The notes beneath the pieces are model-generated. The model saw only the letters and a program-made list of their open reading frames with translations. It searched no databases and was not told the DNA's origin. A program made the position numbers and the translations under genes. DNA of 63,331 nt, the filler included, from Licmophora abbreviata (lineage: Eukaryota): the NCBI GenBank assembly GCA_900291995.1. It is 13 parts of 13 records of this genome, joined end to end, with 100 filler letters (N's around TTAATTAATTAA, not from the genome) between each part and the next. Parts side by side here need not be neighbours in the genome. Positions count along the whole stretch, not along the records: positions 12,260 to 20,862 come from OLMU01003557.1; positions 20,963 to 26,607 come from OLMU01003562.1; 11 more parts are not named here. One strand, given 5' to 3'. Below, piece after piece: positions 12,260 to 23,753 of this stretch. Position 1 is the stretch's first letter. Every line of letters begins with the position of its first letter.

Positions 12260-13227
12260 GATGACGACTCCCTCATCAATGTCCCATACAAGTCCACCGC
12301 TTTCCGATCTCCCATAAAGGCTGCCGACCGCGCATCTTCCAAGGCTCCCGTCTTGTAGTCCTCCTCTGAAACTTGAGCGTCATCAGTATTCTCTATCGTC
12401 TGATGGATTGCCAGCTTGGCACGAGCACGTCGATAGAAGGCTCGTGCTCGAATGGCCGTGTGTCCTCCTTGTTGCGGATCCTGCGTCATGTCCAAGACAT
12501 CCGTACAAGCTTGAATGCACTTGTCATGATCTTGCGCCTTCCAACGACACAGTGCCTCGTGCAATCGACACGTCGCATAGTCCTCCAACAACAACAACGT
12601 CGTCGTTGTCACTACTTGTTCCCCTGACCGACAGCGATAACAATATGGCAGGAGCAATTGACTGGCTTGATAAAAGGTTTCGGCGGCCTCCAATATGTGT
12701 CCCTCATCGTGTAATTCCTTTCCTTTCAATCTAAGTTGTGTCGCTTGTTCTTGTACACGCTGCTGCTGAATCACACTCGACTCTTCGTCTGGATCCAAAG
12801 CTGTCGTAGAGTCGGCAGGATCGCTAGTGTCATGCCTGTTAGGCTGCTCGTCCGCCTTCATGACTACCACAACGTGCTGTTCGACACCATCCGTATCGTC
12901 GTCGGTGGGGAATGAGGATGCTACTGTTGTCGCTTCGTCTGTATCGTCATCTTTGGACGGATCCAGCGGAACATCACCGCCCCTCAGTGCCAGTAGACGG
13001 ATGGAGGATGGCGGCAACACTCGTCGTCGTCGATGACGTGATGAAGAGAAGGAGACTGCCTGTACTACTATCCGCAATGACTGTGTCTTCTTGGCATACC
13101 TCGTCGTCGCTGACAAGACTGCGAAAAGCACCACGGGAAGCAGAAGCAGCTTGTATATCGTCCTAAGACTAGCAGCAGCGGAGGATACGGAAGGTGATGA
13201 TGATCCTCGAATCCTAGTACTCTTCAT
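12260..13227 (-). CDS. TPR-repeat protein with N-terminal hydrophobic signal/anchor; 3' truncated by gap
   Basis: TPR-like helices LRLKGKELHDEGHILEAAETFYQA, CRLHEALCRWK...CIQACTDVL, RAFYRRARAKLA. Hydrophobic segment LLLLPVVLFAVLSA. Confidence 0.7.
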
Positions 13228-14261
13228 TGCTCTCTTTTTCCTCTCTCTCTTTCACCGCAGCGGTAAGGACAACGAAGACGCACGGATGGTGGTGGTGCAG
13301 TGGATGGCAAAGGTGTGTGCAGCATACACATCCGTATGAGGCTGCTTGTGGTGTTTCGAAAGACACATCACACACACTACACTGCCAGGTGTCATCATCA
13401 CAGCGCGCGAACTCTCTGTCTCGATCAGCAACGGCTCTGGACACAGGACAGACTGTGTAGCTCCGCGAGTGAATTCCAGTCTAGCTCGATATGTTAGACC
13501 TATATCGCACCCTTGTCTGGCAGAACCATCATTAGTAGACTATCCACATTAGAAGCTATCCAAAATGTTGGCTTGCTCGTGAGGTTCGGTGGACCTCTTC
13601 GTCTACCTCGTAGTTTAAGCTAGATAAGCACGACATGAGCCGTGTCCTCACCTCTAGAACGTGATACATGGTCGAGTCGAGTCGAGTCCACCGCAATCTG
13701 CAAGCAAGACTTCAAGACTTGCACTAGACCGTCTTGCTAATTTATACTACACTAGTATCATCGTAGTATATATTCGTATCTATATCTTTCCAGCAGGTAG
13801 CTATGATCTATACATGCCAAGGAGGTGCGACAAAGACAGCGAAGGCCCCCACGTTATAGTCTTCATCGCGCTTGCGCATGAGATCAGGGTTGGCTCGGGG
13901 GGGAGAACTACAAAAAGTGCTGAGCCCACCGACATCATAGAGCCGGCCTAGATTCTCAATCCAGTCGTCGTCGCTCATGTTGTTGTCCGCTTCCGCAAAC
14001 GACCTGCCTTGTTCCGTCCTTCACTCCGCCTTGAATGAATCGCGCGATGAGAGCATCCGCGCGACCAGAGCCCATCAGCTCATCAGAATCACACATCGCA
14101 GATGATGACGATGGTGCTCGAATCCTTCCATTTCTGACTGCATTCTTCACAGGAAGGAGAGAAACTTCAAACTTGATACTGTGTACCTCATATGTATGCA
14201 CACTGCGAGACTCCTAGTGCCAGACTGCAAGACGAGCGAAACTAAGTGATTTTCGTCTACA

Positions 14262-15598
14262 ATGATGTTTTGGCTCGTGGTGGTTGGCCTTCTTCTTGTA
14301 TCCTGCTGCTCCAACGTAGTATCGTCATCATGCACGCCATCCTCATCTCCAGTACGGATGCTGTCACCGTCAAGACGACGGCTGATGGAGCAGTCTCGAG
14401 ACTATCACGACCCATCGCAACGACAACACTACAGCAGTGACAACGCGAGGACTACGACACTGTCGCAAGCATCACTCGCTAGTTGCAGAAGAAGAAAAGT
14501 ATGGAACATCCGAGGTGGTGGCAGTGCGGCTTCTAAGAGCTCACCCAGTACTAAGAATTCTGCTGCTGCTTCTAGTACTCGTGCTTCCCTCCTCATGATT
14601 GGACTCAAGAACAGTTTGGCCAGTAGCTTGGCAGCCGCCTGTAGCAAGACGATACTGGCACCCTTTGATACCATCAAGACCATGCAGCAGTACTATTTCA
14701 AAAGCAGCGGTCAGTCCTTGTCGCTGGTACAAGTCACGCGTATGATACTTGAACGACCGGCGGGATTCTACGAACTCTATGTGAGTGAATTTTGACATGT
14801 TATGTGAGGTTTGAATGAACAAACAGTGTGACTAACGACGACGATGTGAAATGTTCTCCTACAATACTCACTACAAAACAGGCTGGATTGGGAGTTGCGG
14901 TAGTCGGTGCCATGCCCTCGGTGGGTCTATACTTTGGCGTCTATTCCTACTGCAAACGAGTGTTGGTGCCGTATTTACAAGACAAATCACATCAGTATCA
15001 ACTGCCCGTCTCGGAAAAGGTAATTTGGACGACTTCCATTGCCGCTTCGGCAGCCATTGGAAATACCGTAGCATCCTTTTCACGAGTACCCTACGAGGTG
15101 GTCAAGCAAAAGTTGCAAACGGGAATGTATGACACTACGTGGCACGCGATTCGAGACATGGCAAGCACTAATGGATGGAGGGCCTTCTTTCCCATGGGCG
15201 GAGTGTCGATTCAAATGTGGAGGGATATTCCTTATGCTATTGTTACATTATTGTCGTACGAACAGCTGCGAGAATCGTTTGTCAAACCTTACAAGGAACG
15301 CAACCCAGATTCCTCGTCATGGTGTGACATGGTGGCTGGGGCCGTGGCGGGAGGTATTGGGAGCTATGTGACAAACCCAATGGACGTTGTTAAGACTAGA
15401 ATACAAACGAACCCAAAACTCTATGGGGGTTCGATTTCCAAGTGCGCACGAATGACGTTCCAAGAAGGAGGAGCCATGGCCTTCCTGCGTGGCAGTGTTC
15501 CAAGGCTGCTTCACAAGATTCCGGCGAATGGGTTCTTCTTTTTGTTTTACGAGTTCTTTGGACGACTCTTACAAGTCGACACTGTTGAAGAGGTCTAG
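14262..15598 (+). CDS. Mitochondrial carrier family (SLC25) protein, SAM-carrier-like, with N-terminal signal peptide; intron 14781-14881
   Basis: Three Px[DE]xx[KR] signatures: APFDTIKT, VPYEVVKQKLQ, NPMDVVKTRIQ. WRDIPY resembles the SAM-carrier R[DE]IP motif. Phase-0 GT-AG intron. Confidence 0.85.
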
Positions 15599-16084
15599 AG
15601 AGAAAGAGAAGACGACTTGGCTCAGAAGCGAGTTTGCGACTGTGCTCCTGATAAATAGCCGTATCGTAACACATAGGGCGAAGAGCTAGGAGGCGTCTCG
15701 TGGCCAATACTGGTACGGGTACCAGGTTAGAGTGGTCATATCGTAGACCCGAATCTTGCTCTACCAAAACGATGGTGTCAAACATGAGAAACCGGCAGCC
15801 TCGATACTGTGGCTGGCCAAGGACGATATGTGCACTTCACGTCAATGTATCGGCGAGTTGGGCACATCTGTACCTATGCGACATAGTCTACCGTATCGTA
15901 ACATCCAGCACCCGGTTCTGGCTGCCAGTTGTGTCTCTGGCTCTGGATCTCTAAGCACTCCTGCTTCACCTTGCTCTCTAGCTACGACGATGACAACCAC
16001 AGAGAAAGCGACTTTTTGATGACTTAGCAAGAACCATCTACTATCAGCAGCTTTGCCTCCTGTGAAGTAATGGCTGTAGAACAT

Positions 16085-16144
16085 CGGCGGCGTCAGGGGC
16101 ATCTGTACGACATCGTATGTCTCAAGACCCCGTCATCCCCGCCG
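16085..16144 (-). promoter_or_regulatory. Candidate SECIS element (type II-like) in the 3' UTR of the SelU-like gene
   Basis: Minus strand reads CGGCGG-GG-AUGAC-GGGGUCUUG-AGACA-UACG(AUGU)CGUA-CAGAUGCCCC-UGAC-G-CCGCCG. It has helix I, an AUGA/GA kink-turn core, helix II and an apical mini-helix, and lies about 40 nt after the stop codon. Confidence 0.75.
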
Positions 16145-16183
16145 GCATCCCAACAGATCTTGTTGTTGTCAACAGTTCCCAAG

Positions 16184-16900
16184 TTACTTTTCTTGTCGTT
16201 TTTGTTCTTCTCGTTTCAAGGCAATCACAGCTGCCAGTATATCACGGACAGGCAAGTCTGTTCCGGTCTCTTCTTCGTATGCATATCGCGGTTTGCCTTC
16301 TGTATCAAACACAATGATACCCCCCTGTACAATCCCCTCTCCTTTAAAGTTTCCAGCGATTCCTTTTGTTTTTATTCGATTGTACGAATCACACAGAAAG
16401 GACACAATTGACATTGGATTCAACATGGCGAAGCTAGGTCTGACCCGTCGATCGCCCAAGGCTGAATAGAACGCGTAGGACTTGTCGACATACAATGGAT
16501 ACGAAAAGTAGTCTCCATGAAACTCGCAGACTCCCTCATCGTCGACGCCAGTCTCTTTAATGACCCCAAAGATCCCAAATCCTTTGAAATCTTCTTGTCT
16601 CTGCGCCGCGAGCACCGCTAATGACATGGCTTGCTCGCGGCAGAAGAATCAGCCTGCGAATATGGTAGTGGAACAGGACGAGTATACGAAATTTCCACAA
16701 CGATGCGACACATCATGAGTATACACCAACACAAAACCAAAATTGCACCGCCATCAGGAAGACTCACCCGGTCGACGAATGACACATCCAATACTCCCAG
16801 TTCCCTTGCTGTGGCGTAGAATCATTTCACGGCCACGTACGACATCGACTTCGCGGAGCATGTTGGTGCTGTTTTCTGAATCTACTTGAATTTCGACCAT
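16184..16900 (-). CDS. Selenoprotein U / peroxiredoxin-like 2 (AhpC-TSA_2) family selenoprotein, UxxC; exons 16900-16768 and 16653-16184; a further upstream exon is possible
   Basis: Splicing GT-AG intron 16767-16654 gives IGCVIRRPG-TGA-FFCREQAMSL with TGA at 16651-16649, matching the SelU RRPG[U/C]xxCRE motif. Downstream YPLYVDKSYAFYSALG and GEGIVQGGIIVF are typical of the family. Confidence 0.88.
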
Positions 16901-17616
16901 CTAACAAATGGACATATCGAGAGAATAGCACGAGCGAGAAACAATGAGCAAAGCGTGCCCTCGAAGACATACATAGGAAACTACCTTCGCTTGATACACA
17001 CCGTCGAATCCCCGAGACGCGCACTCCTCATGGTGGGCGAGAGATTCATGTACTCGGGCACCTCCATCTCTGCGTCATCCGAGATGCTGCTGAGTTCCGA
17101 CGTCACTGCCTCAATGACTTTGGGAGGAAAGACTCGTCTGGCACAGGACATGATGAGAGAGTCTTCAATGGATCAATGGTCAACGGTCCCGGAGGAGGCT
17201 GTGGTCGCTTGGTGACCATTTGACATCACTAGAAAGCACAGGTTGAATTTGAGGTTGCGACGCAAAGCTCCGACTATCATTTCGAACGATTGCCGGCTCG
17301 CAGGATTGCGCGGGAAAATTGAGTATAGCGAAAACAGGGGAGTCAACAGTGTAATAGTAATACATGTCTTTATACCGATATTGACATTGATTTTCAGAAC
17401 GACGTGAGTATAGAGATTGTGGCAGAGCCATATATTAAGATACCCTCCTACTCTTATTGCCTGAAGTCCATGTGAGTACCGCTTCGAAGGCAACTCCCAG
17501 TTTCATCAAGTTCCAAAAGGAGAAAAATCAACAAAAATTGTGTGAACCATCTTAGACTACGCCGGTTCGTTCACAACAACAGGTACTGCATTTAAAATAA
17601 GTAGTTCTCAAGCAGG

Positions 17617-20600
17617 ATGACGATGGAAGTCGACGAAAACGTGGTATCCTCGACGGCCAACTATGTCTATGTGCTGTCGGACGATCAAGCATGGATCCCA
17701 GTGCGTGTCATTTCCATGAGCGAGAATGGCGAGGTGCAAGTTGCTTCGTACGGCAATGAAGTGAACAACGTCCAGTCTGACGACGGCAGCAAAGACTCGC
17801 CAGAAATTGAGGCATCCCATACTGTCATCCGACTCTCACAGTATCCTAACCGAACGCTTCCACTGCAGAACGTAGATGAGAATGGAAGTCTCAGAGAAGT
17901 AGAAGACTGCTCGAAGCTTCCTTTTTTACACGAGGTAAGAGAAAGATTTTCCAGTGCCGAATTGCCGGAAGCCGCACCTCAGCTCATTACCGCACCTTCT
18001 CGACTGTTTGTTCCGCAGGCTGCCATCTTGTACAACATCAAGGCACGACATGCTCGTGCGCAGCCCTATACCCGATGTGGCGACATTGTGCTGGCTGTAA
18101 ACCCATATCAGGTAACTCACTGTATGCAGGATTCGTAGGCTTGCACGACGAGTCTTTCCTCTCACATCGGATACCTCTATTGCTTTCTATTGCGTGTTCA
18201 GTGGCTAAATGATCTCTATTCCGACGCAAGGAGACGGGCCTATGGCAGGGCGTTGGTATGGGAGGGTGAGTACAACAATGCCACGGTCGTGTTACGTACG
18301 CACGAGTTCCGTCAGCACCATCTCACAATGCCCCTCACACGTAATTATAACGCACAGCCGCTTCGTTTGAAGGGGATCCTCGTTCGCAGGTGGAACCCCA
18401 CGTCTACGAGATATCGGCACTGAGCTATCGCGGATTGGCCGTCGAGGGACAAAATCAATCCATTCTCGTGAGCGGCGAGAGTGGTGCCGGAAAGACAGAG
18501 ACTGTTAAGATTCTACTGTCGCACTTGGCAAGTGTGCAAGCGCGATCACACCACCCAGATGAAAATGGTGCTCGAACGTCGTTGATTGTTAAGCGTGTCG
18601 TCGACTCGAATCCTCTGCTAGAGGCCTTTGGGAATGCAAAGACGATACGCAACGACAACTCGAGCCGGTTCGGCAAGTTTTTGCAGCTCCAGTTTGATGC
18701 CGAAGATCCCACCATCGCAAGCTACAAGGGAAAGGCCATCGCAGACTGCGTCTTGGCTGGATCCAAGTGCGACGTCTATCTTCTAGAAAAGAGTCGTGTG
18801 GTGGGGCACGAAGACAGAGAACGGACGTACCATATCTTCTACCAGTTGCTCGCCGCACCGAACGAGTTCAAGGCTCAGGTCTGGGATGGACTCGTCAATA
18901 CCGACAATGAGTCATTCGCGTATGTGGGTTGGAGTGACACGAAGGAGATCGAAGGCATGACGGATCAGAAACGATTTCGGCAAACTTGCGATGCTTTGGA
19001 ACTCATAGGCGTCAAGGACGAATCCTTGTTGACGCTTATGCGAGCCATTTGTATCGTCATGCAGCTTGGTAATTTGGTGTTCGAGGAAGACACCAATGAT
19101 GAGGAACGATCGGAGATTGTGACCAAAAAAGAGTTGACGGGTCTGTCAGAGTTGATGGGTGTTCACGAGGTCGAGCTGAGCGCCTGTCTGACCACTCGTA
19201 CCATCAAGGCAGGTGGAGAAGAATACAAGGTCCCGTTGAACGCCGTCAAGTCCAAGGATTCGTGCGATGCGTTTGCAAAGGAGATCTATGCAAGGGTGTT
19301 CCTCTGGTTAGTTCGGACGATCAACAACGCAACGTGCGCTGAGATGAATTACGAGGGTAATGAGGGGCGCGACTTTGGCCTCATTGGCCTGCTGGATATC
19401 TTTGGTAAGACTTGAACGGGCACGCCTGGTATGGCTCTCACTCGTTTTTGCTCGTATTCTGACGGTTCCCTACTTGATTCGATTCATGTAGGTTTCGAGA
19501 GTTTCGTGACAAACCGCTTCGAACAACTTTGCATCAACTACGCCAACGAGAAACTTCAGCAAAAGTTTACCAATGACGTGTTTCGATCGGTCAAACAAGA
19601 GTATGAATTTGAAGGTATAGAGCTGGCCGAGATAACCTTTGCTGACAACCAGAAGGTTTTAAGCTTGATTGAGGGTACAACAGGACTCATCTCGATCTTG
19701 AACGAGGAGTGCGTCCGTCCAAAGGGAAACGATTCAGCGTTTGTTTCAAAAGCCAAATCTTCAAACAAACAATCCGACTGTCTGATCTCCAAGAGGAATT
19801 TTCACGAATACGAGTTCGGTATTCAACACTATGCAGGATCAGTTCTCTATAACGCAAATGGCTTTGTCACGAAGAATACCGATGGAATTGCACCAGATTT
19901 AGTTCAATGTGCGAAGAATTCTATCAATGACATTCTCCGCCGTGAGATAGACAGCGATGATAGCCCAAGTCCGTCGATGAAGTCACAAAAGGCTCCATCA
20001 ACACGGAGACTTTTCCGCAGGAAGAGTTCTATTGTGGCCGAGACCGTCTGGACGAAGTTCCGCTACCAGCTCGTTTCTCTCATGCAGAATTTGTCTCAAA
20101 CCAGGACTCGTTACATTCGTTGTATCAAGCCCAACACTGTCACCAAACCGTTGCTGATGCAAAATGTGTCTACTGTAGAACAGCTTCGATGTGCTGGCGT
20201 GGTGGCAGCTGTTACAATTTCTCGGTCGGCGTTCCCCAATAGGGTTGAACACGACGACGTCCTAAGGCGATTCAGGTCTCTTTGGACCAAGGGAAATGAA
20301 CGGATTTCTGCAGAGAGCCCCGAGTCTGCGAATCCCGGCGACGAAGTCCGTCGTGACGTCGACCGTCTCCTAACGCCAGTGTTGCGTGAACGTGAAACAA
20401 CAAAACAAGGAACAATCGTCAAAGCGTTCGTGATTGGCAAAACTCGGACATACTTCCGCACGGGAGCTCTCGAGCACATGGAAGCAGCGCGACTGAGCGG
20501 TCTTGGAGATAGCGCCACAACGATGCAGAGTGCCGTTCGCGGACATCTTGCGCGTCGTCTCGCTGGCCGTAGAGTCGATGCATGCGCTGTATTGCAGTGC

Positions 20601-20862
20601 TGGATCAGATGTACGCAGTCAAAGATGGAGTTGTCGCGACTCCGCATGAAAAAGAGCGCCACGCTGATTCAGGCTCTCTTCCGAATGACTGTGGCCCGAG
20701 GCGCCTTCACACGATCTACGCGTGCCAAGGAAGAAAACGAACGCCAAACGAGGGAAAGAGAGCGTGTGCTCGAGGCCCAGGCACGCAAGAAACGCGAAAT
20801 GGATACCGCGGCTGTTGCGGCTGCTTCAGCGGCTGTTGCCACTGCGGCTGCACAGACTGGGT
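17617..20862 (+). CDS. Myosin heavy chain (motor plus IQ motifs); exons 17617-17934, 18019-18111, 18202-18265, 18358-19404, 19492-gap
   Basis: GESGAGKT P-loop, LEAFGNAKT, NDNSSRFGK, DIFG|FE, NYANEKLQQ, YIRCIKPN, QLRCAGV and IQ-like repeats. Four GT-AG introns restore the frame. Confidence 0.95.
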
Positions 20863-21012
20863 NNNNNNNNNNNNNNNNNNNNNNNNNNNNNNNNNNNNNN
20901 NNNNNNTTAATTAATTAANNNNNNNNNNNNNNNNNNNNNNNNNNNNNNNNNNNNNNNNNNNNAAAACGCGTTGAGCCCGAGGGTTTGTGACACATCTATC
21001 GCAATTTCTCAC

Positions 21013-22252
21013 GATGAGCATAAAGACACGCTCCGAAGGAACGAAGCACAACACGATGAGCTGGTTATCGAGCTGGTTGGCTGCCACTGTCGCGCAGCCT
21101 GAATTCGAGGAGCATCAGCTGCCGCAGTCGCCATCGAGAGTCGAAGTGATGGAGTCGGGACAAGCGCCTAGTGATGTTGAGCGACGAACGACAAGCGTGG
21201 AAGAATCTCGTTGTGTCACGCATCAGGAGCAGCAACTAGACTATAAAGACACAGAGTTGCCATCCAACGAGAATGAAAGTGATATCGCTGTTCTACACCA
21301 TTCGACTTCCTTCGCCACAACGATCATGGACGAGCGAACGAAGTCTCTTGTCTTCGACGATTCTCTCTATCGTCTCAAGCATGTGTCGCGTTGGCCCTTT
21401 GGCAAGTTCAAGACAATCGCGCTTGTCGTCTGTTGCGTCGCAGGGCTGGTATTGGCCGTTCTTGCTCGTCGCTCGCTCGCCTTTGTTCACCTACGGGCGC
21501 CAATGGACTTTTATCCTTTGTATTTGCCAGTCGATAGAGTGGGCTTGAGCAGGCTGTCGGTCTGTCTCAATGAGACTGTTGTGGTTGAGACAGGGGCAGT
21601 CGAGCAAGAGTTTCGCGAGGCTTGTCATATCTACGATCTCTCTCTTGACGTTGTTAACGATACAAATTGGAACGTCGCTAGAACATGCCTCGGAGCCTGC
21701 ATCATACTGGGATCATGTGTGACCTTTATTCTTTTCCTTACAGTATGGTATTGGCAGACGATGAACCTGAAGCCTATCTGCATCGGACTCTTGCTGACAT
21801 ATCTTTTGCAGTCGTGTAGCTTCTTCATGTACGACAGTGATCTGTGTCGTACGAACAGCTGCATGGTGGGTCAAGGCACCGCGTACAGTATTGTAGCCAG
21901 TGCCTGTTGGTGTATTGCAGCACTGCTGTCGATTCGAATGGATGTCATAATGATGAGAGCAAAAAGGCGACTAAAGCGAAAGCGAGAGCGGGCATTGAGA
22001 CGTATTCAACGTCGAAAGCGGAGACTGGCAAAGCGACAGATATCGGCTGCAACTGAGTCAACTACCAGTGCAAGCTATGATGACTTGGATCGTTTTGATG
22101 GCTCGGATCGCTATGAGGACTCGGATCGGGCGACCGTACGGGAGACACCACCACCATCACCGAGAACGGTTGACAGTCTCCGGAGCGAATGTGGGTACAG
22201 TGCTGAGCATGAGCAGCATGGCAACACAGGTTCACGGCTATGTGAGGCATAG
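21013..22252 (+). CDS. Hypothetical multi-pass (about 4 TM) membrane protein with basic C-terminal tail
   Basis: Long ORF with about four hydrophobic segments and Cys-containing loops. No family confidently recognised; start codon uncertain. Confidence 0.55.
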
Positions 22253-22312
22253 ACGGAAACAGTTTAGAAGTCTACAGAAGATTCATTGGCAATGTTCTAT
22301 TCGATGGTGCTA

Positions 22313-23365
22313 CTATCGCTCGAATATGCGCCCCTCTGTCAAGTTCATGGCGGGGTTCAAATAATCAGCTTCATAGTAAGATTCGACCAACTGTTCCAAT
22401 TCCGGTGTATAATACAATCGGAGCTTCTCTTTTGCGTCGGTGGCGTGCTGCCGTCCAGCAGCAGAGGGCATTGGCGCAAAGACAGATTCGTTCTTGTGCT
22501 TGCCCCAGCCTGTTCGACCATGTTCTTCCCATGCACCTACTCTCTTCAGAAGTCGTTCAACATCATTAGACACACTCTCCATATGGCCGACGAAGTTCAT
22601 GTGCTGCCAGTGATCTGGCTCGACCATGTGAGTTTGTGCTCTCCAATGGTCGTCATCACCGCAGCTCTTGGAAATGATGTGGAAAAAGCCTAGCATAGAT
22701 TTGCTCGCCGTCTCCATACAAATCACTTTCTCCTCTTTGCAACATCGCTTGCTAAAATACTTTGGCTGGACGAAAACCTTGTCGAGGTAAGCCGACAAGA
22801 GCCGTTCTTTCGGGTCGCGGACGAACAGTGCACGAGTCCACCGAGGGTCAAGCATCATATGTGCTACTTCTTCTTGGCTGAACTGGTCGAGGTACTTTAG
22901 CCCAGTACGCTCCCTAGAAATCATTCCCCCATACTCCTTGTCGTAGTCAGGAAAACCCATCATTTTTCGGCATAACATCCTCCAAGCTGTCTTGCCGACC
23001 TTGGAGTTCATATACAAAACGAGTTTGTACTTCTCCAGTACGACGGGCATCGGTCGAGAAGCTGATCTCGTAGAGTATGGCTGGTACCCAGGAGCCCGTA
23101 ATGGCTGTCCTCCAGCTTCCTCTTGCTCCGTGTCGTTTACTCGAGATGTATTCGAATCACGGATTGACAATGGCTGCACGTCACCTTGTGAAAATCCATT
23201 CGATACTATTTCCCGACGCTCTGTAAACACCGTGCGTTTTATCCTGATGTTTCGCAAAAAGACGAGCAAACACAACATAGAAAGACGTATAGAGAGGGCT
23301 GTCCTCCGCTTGAAACACCACAGCGGAATCATCGTACGTCGTGCTGAGGGCATGATGTAGACCAT
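22313..23365 (-). CDS. Golgi carbohydrate sulfotransferase (Sulfotransfer_2 / CHST-like)
   Basis: Type II signal anchor, 5'-PSB-like SKVGKTAW, 3'-PB FVRDPKERLLSAY, HWRAQ, and LYY...YEADY. Confidence 0.88.
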   Translation of the reverse strand: MVYIMPSARRTMIPLWCFKRRTALSIRLSMLCLLVFLRNIRIKRTVFTERREIVSNGFSQGDVQPLSIRDSNTSRVNDTEQEEAGGQPLRAPGYQPYSTRSASRPMPVVLEKYKLVLYMNSKVGKTAWRMLCRKMMGFPDYDKEYGGMISRERTGLKYLDQFSQEEVAHMMLDPRWTRALFVRDPKERLLSAYLDKVFVQPKYFSKRCCKEEKVICMETASKSMLGFFHIISKSCGDDDHWRAQTHMVEPDHWQHMNFVGHMESVSNDVERLLKRVGAWEEHGRTGWGKHKNESVFAPMPSAAGRQHATDAKEKLRLYYTPELEQLVESYYEADYLNPAMNLTEGRIFER

Positions 23366-23753
23366 GGACTACCACACTGGCGATCGCGTTTGGTGTGATG
23401 ATGATGTTGAACCTTATCCTGCGCGACCCTTCGATTCCCGAGTGACCGATTTGAGTCGATTGATTCAATCAGAGTATCGGCTGGCGCGTCCGCGACGGCT
23501 TCTTCTTTCTTCTTTTCTTCTCCGATCGATGGCTTTGCCTCGAAACCCATAATAAGCTAAGCTGCAACAGACTTCAGTGCTCCCGTAGTCTAGTCTACTC
23601 TGCATCATGTGCACAACTATGCAATCAAGGCAAAACATCAATCCATACCGATGTATGTCGAACAGTGAAAGTATTGTAAAGGTTGAGTAGAACATTGAAG
23701 ATATTTAGAACATTGACGGAATTGATTCTAACAAGTCGACAGCACCTGGAGAG

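Noticed and set aside
13810..14201. Short minus-strand coding-like fragments between the TPR and carrier genes
   Set aside because: Under 90 aa, split across frames, with no recognisable family.
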